From: the human T2T-CHM13v2.0 reference genome, Homo sapiens
NCBI RefSeq assembly: GCF_009914755.1
Contig: NC_060939.1
DNA length: 64,000 nt
Reading direction: 5' to 3' (one strand)
Shown: one piece after another, positions 42,201-56,700 of the stretch
How positions within the stretch are numbered: position 1 is the stretch's first letter
Layout of the letters: each line of letters begins with the position of its first letter
Position numbers and translations under genes: made by a program
The notes under the pieces: generated by a model
Databases searched by the model: none
Told to the model about the DNA's origin: nothing
The model's input: the letters and a program-made list of their open reading frames with translations, nothing else

Positions 42201-45200
42201 TTGCCTTCCATTCCATTCCATTCGATTACATTCCATGCGATTCCATTCGAAATCGAATCAATTACATTGCAATCCATTACTATTGAGTCCGTTTTATTCC
42301 AGTCCACTGCATTCTGGTCCATTCCATTTGATTCCATTCCATTCTATTCCATTCCATACAGTTGCATTCCATTGGATTCCATTCTATATCTATAAATTCA
42401 ATTCGAGACCATTGCTTTTGAATCCATTCCATAGGATTCCATTCCATTCAAGTCCATTACATTTGATTCAATTCCATTCCATTCCATTCCCTTCCATTCC
42501 ATTCCAGTTGATATCAATCCATTCGATTCCATTCCATTCGAGCACATTCCATTTGAGTCCATTCCATTCGATGCCATTCCATTTGATTCTATTCCATTAG
42601 TCTCCAATCAATTCCATTAATCTCCATTCCATTCCATTCTACTCCAACTGATTCCATTCCATTCTATTCCTTTCCATTCCATTTCATTCCATTCCATTCC
42701 ATTTCATTCCATTCCATTCCATTCGCTTCCATTCCATTCGTGTCCATTCCACTCCAGTCCATTCCATTCGTGTCCATTCCATTCCAGTCCATTCCATTTG
42801 TGTCCACTGCATTCCATTCCACTCCATTCCATATTATTCCATTACACTCCATTCCATTCTATTACTTTCATTTCCATTCAATTCCATTCCATTTGATTCC
42901 ATTCCACTCGGTTTCATTCCATTTGAGTCCACCCCATTGCATTCCATTCCATTCCATTCAGTTCCATTCCATTCTGTTCCATTCCATTCCGTTCCATTGC
43001 ATTCCATTCCATTCGGTACCATTCCATATTGTTCCATTCGATTCCATTCGAATCCATTCCATTCCAGTCCATTCCATTCGATTCCATTCCATTCCTTTCA
43101 ATTCCATTCCATTCCATTCCATTCCACTTGATTCCACTCCATTCCCTTCCACTGCATTCCATTCGATTCCATTCCATTGCATTGCATTCCATTCCATTGG
43201 ACTGCATTCCATTCGATTCCATTCCATTCGAATCAATTACATAGCAATCCATTACATTCGAGTCTATTCTATTCCGTTCCGTTCGATTTCGTTCCAATCC
43301 ATTCGATTCCATTCCATTCGATTCCATTCCATACTATTGCATTCCATTCGATTACATTATATTTGAATAAGTTCCATTCAAGACCATTTCTTTTGAGTCC
43401 ATTCTATTTGAGTCCATTCCCTTTGATTCCATAACATTTGAGTCCATTCAATTCCATTCCTTTCGTTTGCATTCCATTTGATGCCATTCCATTCAATTCT
43501 GTTCTACTCGACTCCAATACATTCAATTCCATTCCATCCGATTCCATTACATTCTTTTCATTTCTTATCCATTTCAAGCCATTCCACTCCATTCCATTCC
43601 ACTCGTTTCCTTTCCATTCGAGTCCATTCCTCTCCAGTCCATTCCGTTCAATCCATTCCATTCCAGTCCATTCCATTCGAGTCCGTTCCATTCCAGTCCA
43701 TTCCATTCGAGTCAATTCCATCCCATTCGATGTCTTTCCATAACGATCCATTCCATTCTATTCCTTTCGATTCCATTCCATTCTATTTCATTCCATTCGA
43801 TTCCCTTCCATTGGACTCCTTTCCATTCGAGTGCATTCCATTCCGTTCCATTTCTTTCCGTTCTGTACGATTCCTACCGTTTGATTTCATTTTGTTCCAG
43901 TCCATTCCTTTCGCGTCCATTCCATTCCATTTCACTCCATTCGATTCCATTCCACTCGATTCCACTTCGTTCCATTTCATTGCATTCCATTCTATTCAAC
44001 TCTATTGCCTTCCATTCCATTCCATTCGATTACATTCCATGCGATTCCATTCGAAATCGAATCAATTACATTGCAATCCATTACTATTGAGTCCATTTTA
44101 TTCCAGTCCACTGCATTCTGGTCCATTCCATTTGATTCCATTCCATTCTATTCCATTCCATACAGTTGCATTCCATTGGATTCCATTCTATATCTATAAA
44201 TTCAATTCGAGACCATTGCTTTTGAATCCATTCTATATGATTCCATTCCATTCAAGTCCATTACATTTGGTTCAATTCCATTCCATTCCATTCCCTTCCA
44301 TTCCATTCCAGTTGATATCAATCCATTCGATTCCATTCCATTCGAGCACATTCCTTTCGAGTCCATTCCATTCGATGCCATTCCATTTGATTCTATTCCA
44401 TTAGTCTCCATTCAATTCCATTAATCTCCATTCCATTCCATTCTACTCCAACTGATTCCATTCCATTCTATTCCTTTCCATTCCATTTCATTCCATTCCA
44501 TTCCATTCCATTACATTCCATTCGCTTCCATTCCATTCGTGTCCATTCCACTCCAGTCCATTCCATTCGTGTCCATTCCATTCCAGTGCATTCCATTTGT
44601 GTCCACTGCATTCCATTCCACTCCATTCCATATTATTCCATTACACTCCATTCCATTCTATTACTTTCATTTCCATTCAATTCCGTTCCATTTGTTTCCA
44701 TTCCACTCGGTTTCATTCCATTTGAGTCCACTCCATTCCATTCCATTCCATTCCATTCAGTTCCATTCCATTCTGTTCCATTCCATTCCGTTCCATTGCA
44801 TTCCATTCCATTCGGTACCATTCCATATTGTTCCATTCGATTCCATTCGAATCCATTCCATTCCAGTCCATTCCATTCGATTCCATTCCATTCCTTTCAA
44901 TTCCATTCCATTCCATTCCATTCCACTTGATTCCACTCCATTCCCTTCCACTGCATTCCATTCGATTCCATTCCATTGCATTGCATTCCATTCCATTGGA
45001 CTGCATTCCATTCGATTCCGTTCCATTCGAATCAATTACATAGCAATCCATTACATTCGGGTCTATTCTATTCCGTTCCATTCGAATTCATTCCAATCCA
45101 TTCGATTCCATTCCATACTATTGCATTCCATTCTATTACATTATATTCTAATAAGTTCCATTCAAGACCATTTCTTTTGAGTCCATTCTATTTGAGTCCA

Positions 45201-48200
45201 TTCCCTTTGATTCCATAACATTTGAGTCCATTCAATTCCATTCCTTTCGTTCCCATTCCATTTGATGCCATTCCATTCAATTCTGTTCTACTCGACTCCA
45301 ATACATTCAATTCCATTCCATCCGATTCCATTCCATTCTTTTCATTTCTTATCCATTTCAAGCCATTCCACTCCATTCCATTCCACTCGTTTCCTTTCCA
45401 TTCGAGTCCATTCCTCTCCAGTCCATTCCGTTCAATCCATTCCATTCCAGTCCATTCCATTCGAGTCCGTTCCATTCCAGTCCAATCCATTCGAGTCAAT
45501 TCCATCCCATTCGATGTCTTTCCATAATGATCCATTCCATTCTATTCCTTTCGATTCCATTCCATTGTATTTCATTCCATTCGATTCCCTTCCATTGGAC
45601 TCCTTTCCATTCGAGTGCATTCCATTCCGTTCCATTTCTTTCCGTTCTGTACGATTCCTACCGTTCGATTTCATTTTGTTCCAGTCCATTCCTTTCGCGT
45701 CCATTCCATTCCATTTCACTCCATTCGATTCCATTCCACTCGATTCCACTTCGTTCCATTTCATTGCATTCCATTCTATTCAACTCTATTGCCTTCCATT
45801 CCATTCCATTCGATTACATTCCATGCGATTCCATTCGAAATCGAATCAATTACATTGCAATCCATTACTATTGAGTCCGTTTTATTCCAGTCCACTGCAT
45901 TCTGGTCCATTCCATTTGATTCCATTCCATTCTATTCCATTCCATACAGTTGCATTCCATTGGATTCCATTCTATATCTATAAATTCAATTCGAGACCAT
46001 TGCTTTTGAATCCATTCCATAGGATTCCATTCCATTCAAGTCCATTACATTTGATTCAATTCCATTCCATTCCATTCCCTTCCATTCCATTCCAGTTGAT
46101 ATCAATCCATTCGATTCCATTCCATTCGAGCACATTCCATTTGAGTCCATTCCATTCGATGCCATTCCATTTGATTCTATTCCATTAGTCTCCAATCAAT
46201 TCCATTAATCTCCATTCCATTCCATTCTACTCCAACTGATTCCATTCCATTCTATTCCTTTCCATTCCATTTCATTCCATTCCATTCCATTTCATTCCAT
46301 TCCATTCCATTCGCTTCCATTCCATTCGTGTCCATTCCACTCCAGTCCATTCCATTCGTGTCCATTCCATTCCAGTCCATTCCATTTGTGTCCACTGCAT
46401 TACATTCCACTCCATTCCATATTATTCCATTACACTCCATTCCATTCTATTACTTTCATTTCCATTCAATTCCATTCCATTTGATTCCATTCCACTCGGT
46501 TTCATTCCATTTGAGTCCACCCCATTGCATTCCATTCCATTCCATTCAGTTCCATTCCATTCTGTTCCATTCCATTCCGTTCCATTGCATTCCATTCCAT
46601 TCGGTACCATTCCATATTGTTCCATTCGATTCCATTCGAATCCATTCCATTCCAGTCCATTCCATTCGATTCCATTCCATTCCTTTCAATTCCATTCCAT
46701 TCCATTCCATTCCACTTGATTCCACTCCATTCCCTTCCACTGCATTCCATTCGATTCCATTCCATTGCATTGCATTCCATTCCATTGGACTGCATTCCAT
46801 TCGATTCCATTCCATTCGAATCAATTACATAGCAATCCATTACATTCGAGTCTATTCTATTCCGTTCCGTTCGATTTCGTTCCAATCCATTCGATTCCAT
46901 TCCATTCGATTCCATTCCATACTATTGCATTCCATTCGATTACATTATATTTGAATAAGTTCCATTCAAGACCATTTCTTTTGAGTCCATTCTATTTGAG
47001 TCCATTCCCTTTGATTCCATAACATTTGAGTCCATTCAATTCCATTCCTTTCGTTTGCATTCCATTTGATGCCATTCCATTCAATTCTGTTCTACTCGAC
47101 TCCAATACATTCAATTCCATTCCATCCGATTCCATTACATTCTTTTCATTTCTTATCCATTTCAAGCCATTCCACTCCATTCCATTCCACTCGTTTCCTT
47201 TCCATTCGAGTCCATTCCTCTCCAGTCCATTCCGTTCAATCCATTCCATTCCAGTCCATTCCATTCGAGTCCGTTCCATTCCAGTCCATTCCATTCGAGT
47301 CAATTCCATCCCATTCGATGTCTTTCCATAACGATCCATTCCATTCTATTCCTTTCGATTCCATTCCATTCTATTTCATTCCATTCGATTCCCTTCCATT
47401 GGACTCCTTTCCATTCGAGTGCATTCCATTCCGTTCCATTTCTTTCCGTTCTGTACGATTCCTACCGTTTGATTTCATTTTGTTCCAGTCCATTCCTTTC
47501 GCGTCCATTCCATTCCATTTCACTCCATTCGATTCCATTCCACTCGATTCCACTTCGTTCCATTTCATTGCATTCCATTCTATTCAACTCTATTGCCTTC
47601 CATTCCATTCCATTCGATTACATTCCATGCGATTCCATTCGAAATCGAATCAATTACATTGCAATCCATTACTATTGAGTCCATTTTATTCCAGTCCACT
47701 GCATTCTGGTCCATTCCATTTGATTCCATTCCATTCTATTCCATTCCATACAGTTGCATTCCATTGGATTCCATTCTATATCTATAAATTCAATTCGAGA
47801 CCATTGCTTTTGAATCCATTCTATATGATTCCATTCCATTCAAGTCCATTACATTTGGTTCAATTCCATTCCATTCCATTCCCTTCCATTCCATTCCAGT
47901 TGATATCAATCCATTCGATTCCATTCCATTCGAGCACATTCCTTTCGAGTCCATTCCATTCGATGCCATTCCATTTGATTCTATTCCATTAGTCTCCATT
48001 CAATTCCATTAATCTCCAATCCATTCCATTCTACTCCAACTGATTCCATTCCATTCTATTCCTTTCCATTCCATTTCATTCCATTCCATTCCATTCCATT
48101 ACATTCCATTCGCTTCCATTCCATTCGTGTCCATTCCACTCCAGTCCATTCCATTCGTGTCCATTCCATTCCAGTGCATTCCATTTGTGTCCACTACATT

Positions 48201-51200
48201 CCATTCCACTCCATTCCATATTATTCCATTACACTCCATTCCATTCTATTACTTTCATTTCCATTCAATTCCGTTCCATTTGTTTCCATTCCACTCGGTT
48301 TCATTCCATTTGAGTCCACTCCATTCCATTCCATTCCATTCCATTCAGTTCCATTCCATTCTGTTCCATTCCATTCCGTTCCATTGCATTCCATTCCATT
48401 CGGTACCATTCCATATTGTTCCATTCGATTCCATTCGAATCCATTCCATTCCAGTCCATTCCATTCGATTCCATTCCATTCCTTTCAATTCCATTCCATT
48501 CCATTCCATTCCACTTGATTCCACTCCATTCCCTTCCACTGCATTCCATTCGATTCCATTCCATTGCATTGCATTCCATTCCATTGGACTGCATTCCATT
48601 CGATTCCGTTCCATTCGAATCAATTACATAGCAATCCATTACATTCGGGTCTATTCTATTCCGTTCCATTCGATTTCATTCCAATCCATTCGATTCCATT
48701 CCATACTATTGCATTCCATTCTATTACATTATATTCTAATAAGTTCCATTCAAGACCATTTCTTTTGAGTCCATTCTATTTGAGTCCATTCCCTTTGATT
48801 CCATAACATTTGAGTCCATTCAATTCCATTCCTTTCGTTCCCATTCCATTTGATGCCATTCCATTCAATTCTGTTCTACTCGACTCCAATACATTCAATT
48901 CCATTCCATCCGATTCCATTCCATTCTTTTCATTTCTTATCCATTTCAAGCCATTCCACTCCATTCCATTCCACTCGTTTCCTTTCCATTCGAGTCCATT
49001 CCTCTCCAGTCCATTCCGTTCAATCCATTCCATTCCAGTCCATTCCATTCGAGTCCGTTCCATTCCAGTCCAATCCATTCGAGTCAATTCCATCCCATTC
49101 GATGTCTTTCCATAATGATCCATTCCATTCTATTCCTTTCGATTCCATTCCATTCTATTTCATTCCATTCGATTCCCTTCCATTGGACTCCTTTCCATTC
49201 GAGTGCATTCCATTCCGTTCCATTTCTTTCCGTTCTGTACGATTCCTACCGTTCGATTTCATTTTCTTCCAGTCCATTCCTTTCGCGTCCATTCCATTCC
49301 ATTTCACTCCATTCGATTCCATTCCACTCGATTCCACTTCGTTCCATTTCATTGCATTCCATTCTATTCAACTCTTTTGCCTTCCATTCCATTCCATTCG
49401 ATTACATTCCATGCGATTCCATTCGAAATCGAATCAATTACATTGCAATCCATTACTATTGAGTCCATTTTATTCCAGTCCATTGCATTCTGGTCCATTC
49501 CATTTGATTCCATTCCATTCTATTCCATTCCATACAGTTGCATTCCATTGGATTCCATTCTATATTTATAAATTCAATTCGAGACCATTGCTTTTGAGTC
49601 CATTCTATATGATTCCATTCCATTCAAGTCCATTACATTTGGTTGAATTCCATTCCATTCCATTCCCTTACATTCCATTCCAGTTGATATCAATCCATTC
49701 CATTCCATTCCATTCGAGCACATTCCATTCGAGTCCATTCCATTCGATGCCATTCCATTTGATTCTATTCCATTAGTCTCCATTCAATTCCATTAATCTC
49801 CATTACATTCCATTCTACTCCAACTGATTCCATTCCATTCTATTCCTTTCCAATCCTTTCCATTCCATTCCATTCCATTTCATTCCATTCCATTCCATTC
49901 GCTTCCATTCCATTCGTGTCCATTCCACTCCAGTCCATTCCATTCGTGTCCATTCCATTCCAGTCCATTCCATTTGTGTCCACTGCATTCCATTCCACTC
50001 CATTCCATATTATTCCATTACACTCCATTCCATTCTATTACTTTCATTTCCATTCAATTCCATTCCATTTGATTCCATTCCACTCGGTTTCATTCCATTT
50101 GAGTCCACTCCATTCCATTCCATTCCATTCAGTTCCATTCCATTCTGTTCCATTCCATTCCGTTCCATTGCATTCCATTCCATTCGGTACCATTCCATAT
50201 TGTTCCATTCGATTCCATTCGAATCCATTCCATTCCAGTCCATTCCATTCGATTCCATTCCATTCCTTTCAATTCCATTCCATTCCATTCCATTCCACTT
50301 GATTCCACTCCATTCCCTTCCACTGCATTCCGTTCGATTCCATTCCATTGCATTGCATTACATTCCATTGGACTGCATTCCATTCGATTCCATTCCATTC
50401 GAATCAATTACATAGCAATCCATTACATTCGGGTCTATTCTATTCCGTTCCATTCGATTTCATTCCAATCCATTCGATTCCAGTCCATACTATTGCATTC
50501 CATTCTATTACATTATATTCGAATAAGTTCCATTCAAGACCATTTCTTTTGAGTCCATTCTATTTGAGTCCATTCCCTTTGATTCCATAACATTTGAGTC
50601 CATTCAATTCCATTCCTTTCGTTTGCATTCCATTTGATGCCATTCCATTCAATTCTGTTCTACTCGACTCCAATACATTCAATTCCATTCCATCCGATTC
50701 CATTACATTCTTTTCATTTCTTATCCATTTCAAGCCATTCCACTCCATTCCATTCCACTCGTTTCCTTTCCATTCGAGTCCATTCCTCTCCAGTCCATTC
50801 CGTTCAATCCATTCCATTCCAGTCCATTCCATTCGAGTCCGTTCCATTCCAGTCCATTCCATTCGAGTCAATTCCATTCCATTCGATGTCTTTCCATAAC
50901 GATCCATTCCATTCTATTCCTTTCGATTCCATTCCATTCTATTTCATTCCATTCGATTCCCTTCCATTGGACTCCTTTCCATTCGAGTGCATTCCATTCC
51001 GTTCCATTTCTTTCCGTTCTGTACGATTCCTACCGTTCGATTTCATTTTGTTCCAGTCCATTCCTTTCGCGTCCATTCCATTCCATTTCACTCCATTCGA
51101 TTCCATTCCACTCGATTCCACTTCGTTCCATTTCATTGCATTCCATTCTATTCAACTCTATTGCCTTCCATTCCATTCCATTCGATTACATTCCATGCGA

Positions 51201-52397
51201 TTCCATTCGAAATCGAATCAATTACATTGCAATCCATTACTATTGAGTCCGTTTTATTCCAGTCCACTGCATTCTGGTCCATTCCATTTGATTCCATTCC
51301 ATTCTATTCCATTCCATACAGTTGCATTCCATTGGATTCCATTCTATATCTATAAATTCAATTCGAGACCATTGTTTTTGAGTCCATTCTGTATGATTCC
51401 ATTCCATTCAAGTCCATTACATTTGGTTCAATTCCATTCCATTCCATTCCCTTCCATTCCATTCCAGTTGATATCAATCCATTCGATTCCATTCCATTCG
51501 AGCACATTCCATTTGAGTCCATTCCATTCGATGCCATTCCATTTGATTCTATTCCATTAGTCTCCAATCAATTCCATTAATCTCCATTCCATTCCATTCT
51601 ACTCCAACTGATTCCATTCCATTCTATTCCTTTCCATTCCATTTCATTCCATTCCATTCCATTTCATTCCATTCCATTCCATTCGCTTCCATTCCATTCG
51701 TGTCCATTCCACTCCAGTCCATTCCATTCGTGTCCATTCCATTCCAGTCCATTCCATTTGTGTCCACTGCATTCCATTCCACTCCATTCCATATTATTCC
51801 ATTACACTCCATTCCATTCTATTACTTTCATTTCCATTCAATTCCATTCCATTTGATTCCATTCCACTCGGTTTCATTCCATTTGAGTCCACCCCATTGC
51901 ATTCCATTCCATTCCATTCAGTTCCATTCCATTCTGTTCCATTCCATTCCGTTCCATTGCATTCCATTCCATTCGGTACCATTCCATATTGTTCCATTCG
52001 ATTCCATTCGAATCCATTCCATTCCAGTCCATTCCATTCGATTCCATTCCATTCCTTTCAATTCCATTCCATTCCATTCCCTTCCACTTGATTCCACTCC
52101 ATTCCCTTCCACTGCATTCCATTCGATTCCATTCCATTGCATTGCATTCCATTCCATTGGACTGCATTCCATTCGATTCCATTCCATTCGAATCAATTAC
52201 ATAGCAATCCATTACATTCGAGTCTATTCTATTCCGTTCCGTTCGATTTCGTTCCAATCCATTCGATTCCATTCCATTCGATTCCATTCCATACTATTGC
52301 ATTCCATTCGATTACATTATATTTGAATAAGTTCCATTCAAGACCATTTCTTTTGAGTCCATTCTATTTGAGTCCATTCCCTTTGATTCCATAACAT
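36242..52397 (+). repeat. Higher-order repeat domain 3: X-Y-Z trimer-like flanks around a 3588 bp dimer repeated about three times
   Basis: Lengths alternate 1804/1784 from 38046 to 48810. CCATAGGATTCC at ~38841, ~42429, ~46017 and TTTGTTTCC at ~41103, ~44691, ~48279 give a 3588 bp period. X markers (CCAATCCTTTCC, TATTTATAAA, CCAGTCCATAC) occur only in the units at 36242 and 48810. Confidence 0.85.
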
Positions 52398-53799
52398 TTG
52401 AGTCCATTCAATTCCATTCCTTTCGTTTCCATTCCATTTGATGCCATTCCATTCAATTCTCTTCTACTCGACTACAATACATTCAATTCCATTCCATCCG
52501 ATTCCATTACATTCTTTTCATTTCTTATCCATTTCAAGCCATTCCACTCCATTCCATTCCACTCGTTTCCTTTCCATTCGAGTCCATTCCGCTCCAGTCC
52601 ATTCCGTTCAATCCATTCCATTCTAGTCCATTCCATTCGAGTCCGTTCCATTCCAGTCCAATCCATTCGAGTCAATTCCATCCCATTCGATGTCTTTCCA
52701 TAACGATCCATTCCATTCTATTCCTTTCGATTCCATTCCATTCTATTTCATTCCATTCGATTCCCTTCCATTGGACTCCTTTCCATTCGAGTGCATTCCA
52801 TTCCGTTCCATTTCTTTCCGTTCTGTACGATTCCTACCGTTCGATTTCATTTTCTTCCAGTCCATTCCTTTCGCGTCCATTCCATTCCATTTCACTCCAT
52901 TCGATTCCATTCCACTCGATTCCACTTCGTTCCCTTTCATTGCATTCCATTCTATTCAACTCTATTGCCTTCCATTCCATTCCATTCTTTTACATTCCAT
53001 GCGATTCCATTCGAAATCGAATCAATTACATTGCAATCCATTACTATTGAGTCCATTTTATTCCAGTCCACTGCATTCTGGTCCATTCCATTTGATTCCA
53101 TTCCATTCTATTCCATTCCATACAGTTGCATTCCATTGGATTCCATTCTATATCTATAAATTCAATTCGAGACCATTGCTTTTGAATCCATTCTATATGA
53201 TTCCATTCCATTCAAGTCCATTACATTTGGTTCAATTCCATTCCATTCCATTCCGTTCCATTCCATTCCAGTTGATATCAATCCATTCGATTCCATTCCA
53301 TTCGAGCACATTCCATTGGAGTCCATTCCATTCGATGCCATTCCATTTGATTCTATTCCATTAGTCTCCATTCAATTCCATTAATCTCCATTCCATTCCA
53401 TTCTACTCCAACTGATTCCATTCCATTCTATTCCTTTCCATTCCATTTCATTCCATTCCATTCCATTTCATTCCATTCCATTCCATTCGTTTCCATTCGT
53501 GTCCATTCCACTCCAGTCCATTCCATTCGTGTCCATTCCATTCCAGTCCATTCCATTTGTGTCTACTGCATTCCATTCCACTCCATTCCATATTATTCCA
53601 TTACACTCCATTCCATTCTATTACTTTCATTTCCATTCAATTCCATTCCATTTGATTCCATTCCACTCGGTTTCATTCCATTTGAGTCCACTCCACTCCA
53701 TTCCATTCCATTCCATTCAGTTCCATTCCATTCTGTTCCATTCCATTCCGTTCCATTGCATTCCATTCCATTCGGTACCATTCCATATTGTTCCATTCG

Positions 53800-56700
53800 A
53801 TTCCATTCGAATCCATTCCATTCCAGTCCATTCCATTCGATTCCATTCCATTCATTTCAATTCCATTCCATTCCATTCCATTACATTCCACTTGATTCCT
53901 CTCCATTCCCTTCCACTGCATTCCGTTCGATTCCATTCCATTGCATTGCATTCCATTCCATTGGATTGCATTCCATTCGATTCCATTCCATTCGAATCAA
54001 TTACATAGCAATCCATTACATTCGAGTCTATTCTATTCCGTTCCATTCGATTTCGTTCCAATCCATTCGATTCCATTCCATTCGATTCCATTCCATACTA
54101 TTGCATTCCATTCGATTACATTATATTCGAATAAGTTCCATTCAAGACCATTTCTTTTGAGTCCATTCTATTTGAGTCCATTCCCTTTGATTCCATAACA
54201 TTTGAGTCCATTCAATTCCATTCCTTTCGTTCCCATTCCATTTGATGCCATTCCATTCAATTCTGTTCTACTCGACTCCAATACATTCAATTCCATTCCA
54301 TCCGATTCCATTACATTCTTTTCATTTCTTATCCATTTCAAGCCATTCCACTCCATTCCATTCCACTCGTTTCCTTTCCATTCGAGTCCATTCCTCTCCA
54401 GTCCATTCCGTTCAATCCATTCCATTCCAGTCCATTCCATTCGAGTCCGATCCATTCCAGTCCACTCCATTCGAGTCAATTCCATCCCATTCGATGTCTT
54501 TCCATAACGATCCATTCCATTCTATTCCTTTCGATTCCATTCCATTCTATTTCATTCCATTCGATTCCCTTCCATTGGACTCCTTTCCATTCGAGTGCAT
54601 TCCATTCCGTTCCATTTCTTACCGTTCTGTACGATTCCTACCGTTTGATTTCATTTTGTTCCAGTCCATTCCTTTCGCGTCCATTCCATTCCATTTCACT
54701 CCATTCGATTCCATTCCACTCGATTCCACTTCGTTCCATTTCATTGCATTCCATTCTATTCAACTCTATTGCCTTCCATTCCATTCCATTCGATTACATT
54801 CCATGCGATTCCATTCGAAATCGAATCAATTACATTGCAATCCATTACTATTGAGTCCATTTTATTCCAGTCCACTGCATTCTGGTCCATTCCATTTGAT
54901 TCCATTCCATTCTATTCCATTCCATACAGTTGCATTCCATTGGATTCCATTCTATATCTATAAATTCAATTCGAGACCATTGCTTTTGAATCCATTCTAT
55001 ATGATTCCATTCCATTCAAGTCCATTACATTTGGTTCAATTCCATTCCATTCCATTCCCTTCCATTCCATTCCAGTTGATATCAATCCATTCGATTCCAT
55101 TCCATTCGAGCACATTCCATTTGAGTCCATTCCATTCGATGCCATTGCATTTGATTCTATTCCATTAGTCTCCATTCAATTCCATTAATCTCCATTCCAT
55201 TCCATTCTACTCCAACTGATTCCATTCCATTCTATTCCTTTCCATTCCATTTCATTCCATTCCATTCCATTTCATTCCATTCCATTCCATTCGCTTCCAT
55301 TCCATTCGTGTGCATTCCACTCCAGTCCATTCCATTCGTGTCCATTCCATTCCAGTCCATTCCATTTGTGTCCACTGCATTCCATTCCACTCCATTCCAT
55401 ATTATTCCATTACACTCCATTCCATTCTATTACTTTCATTTCCATTCAATTCCATTCCATTTGATTCCATTGCACTCGGTTTCATTCCATTTGAGTCCAC
55501 TCCATTCCATTCCATTCCATTCCATTCAGTTCCATTCCATTCTGTTCCATTCCATTCCGTTCCATTGCATTCCATTCCATTCGGTACCATTCCATATTGT
55601 TCCATTCGATTCCATTCGAATCCATTCCATTCCAGTCCATTGCATTCGATTCCATTCCATTCCTTTCAATTCCATTCCATTCCATTCCATTCCACTTGAT
55701 TCCACTCCATTCCCTTCCACTGCATTCCATTCGATTCCATTCCATTGCATTGCATTCCATTCCATTGGACTGCATTCCATTCGATTCCATTCCATTCGAA
55801 TCAATTACATAGCAATCCATTACATTCGAGTCTATTCTATTCCGTTCCATTCGATTTCGTTCCAATCCATTCGATTCCATTCCATTCGATTCCATTCAAT
55901 ACTATTGCATTCCATTCTATTACATTATATTCGAATAAGTGCCATTCAAGACCATTTCTTTTGAGTCCATTCTATTTGAGTCCATTCCCTTTGATTCCAT
56001 AACATTTGAGTCCATTCAATTCCATTCCTTTCGTTTCCATTCCATTTGATGCCATTCCATTCAATTCTGTTCTACTCGACTCCAATACATTCAATTCCAT
56101 TCCATCCGATTCCATTACATTCTTTTCATTTCTTATCCATTTCAAGCCATTCCACTCCATTCCATTCCACTCGTTTCCTTTCCAGTCGAGTCCATTCCTC
56201 TCCAGTCCATTCCGTTCAATCCATTCCATTCCAGTCCATTCCATTCGAGTCCGTTCCATTCCAGTCCATTCCATTCGAGTCAATTCCATTCCATTCGATG
56301 TCTTTCCATAACGATCCATTCCATTCTATTCCTTTCGATTCCATTCCATTCTATTTCATTCCATTCGATTCCCTTCCATTGGACTCCTTTCCATTCGAGT
56401 GCATTCCATTCCGTTCCATTTCTTTCCGTTCTGTACGATTCCTACCGTTCGATTTCATTTTGTTCCAGTCCATTCCTTTCGCGTCCATTCCATTCCATTT
56501 CACTCCATTCGATTCCATTCCACTCGATTCCACTTCGTTCCATTTCATTGCATTCCATTCTATTCAACTCTATTGCCTTCCATTCCATTCCATTCGATTA
56601 CATTCCATGCGATTCCATTCGAAATCGAATCAATTACATTGCAATCCATTACTATTGAGTCCGTTTTATTCCAGTCCACTGCATTCTGGTCCATTCCATT

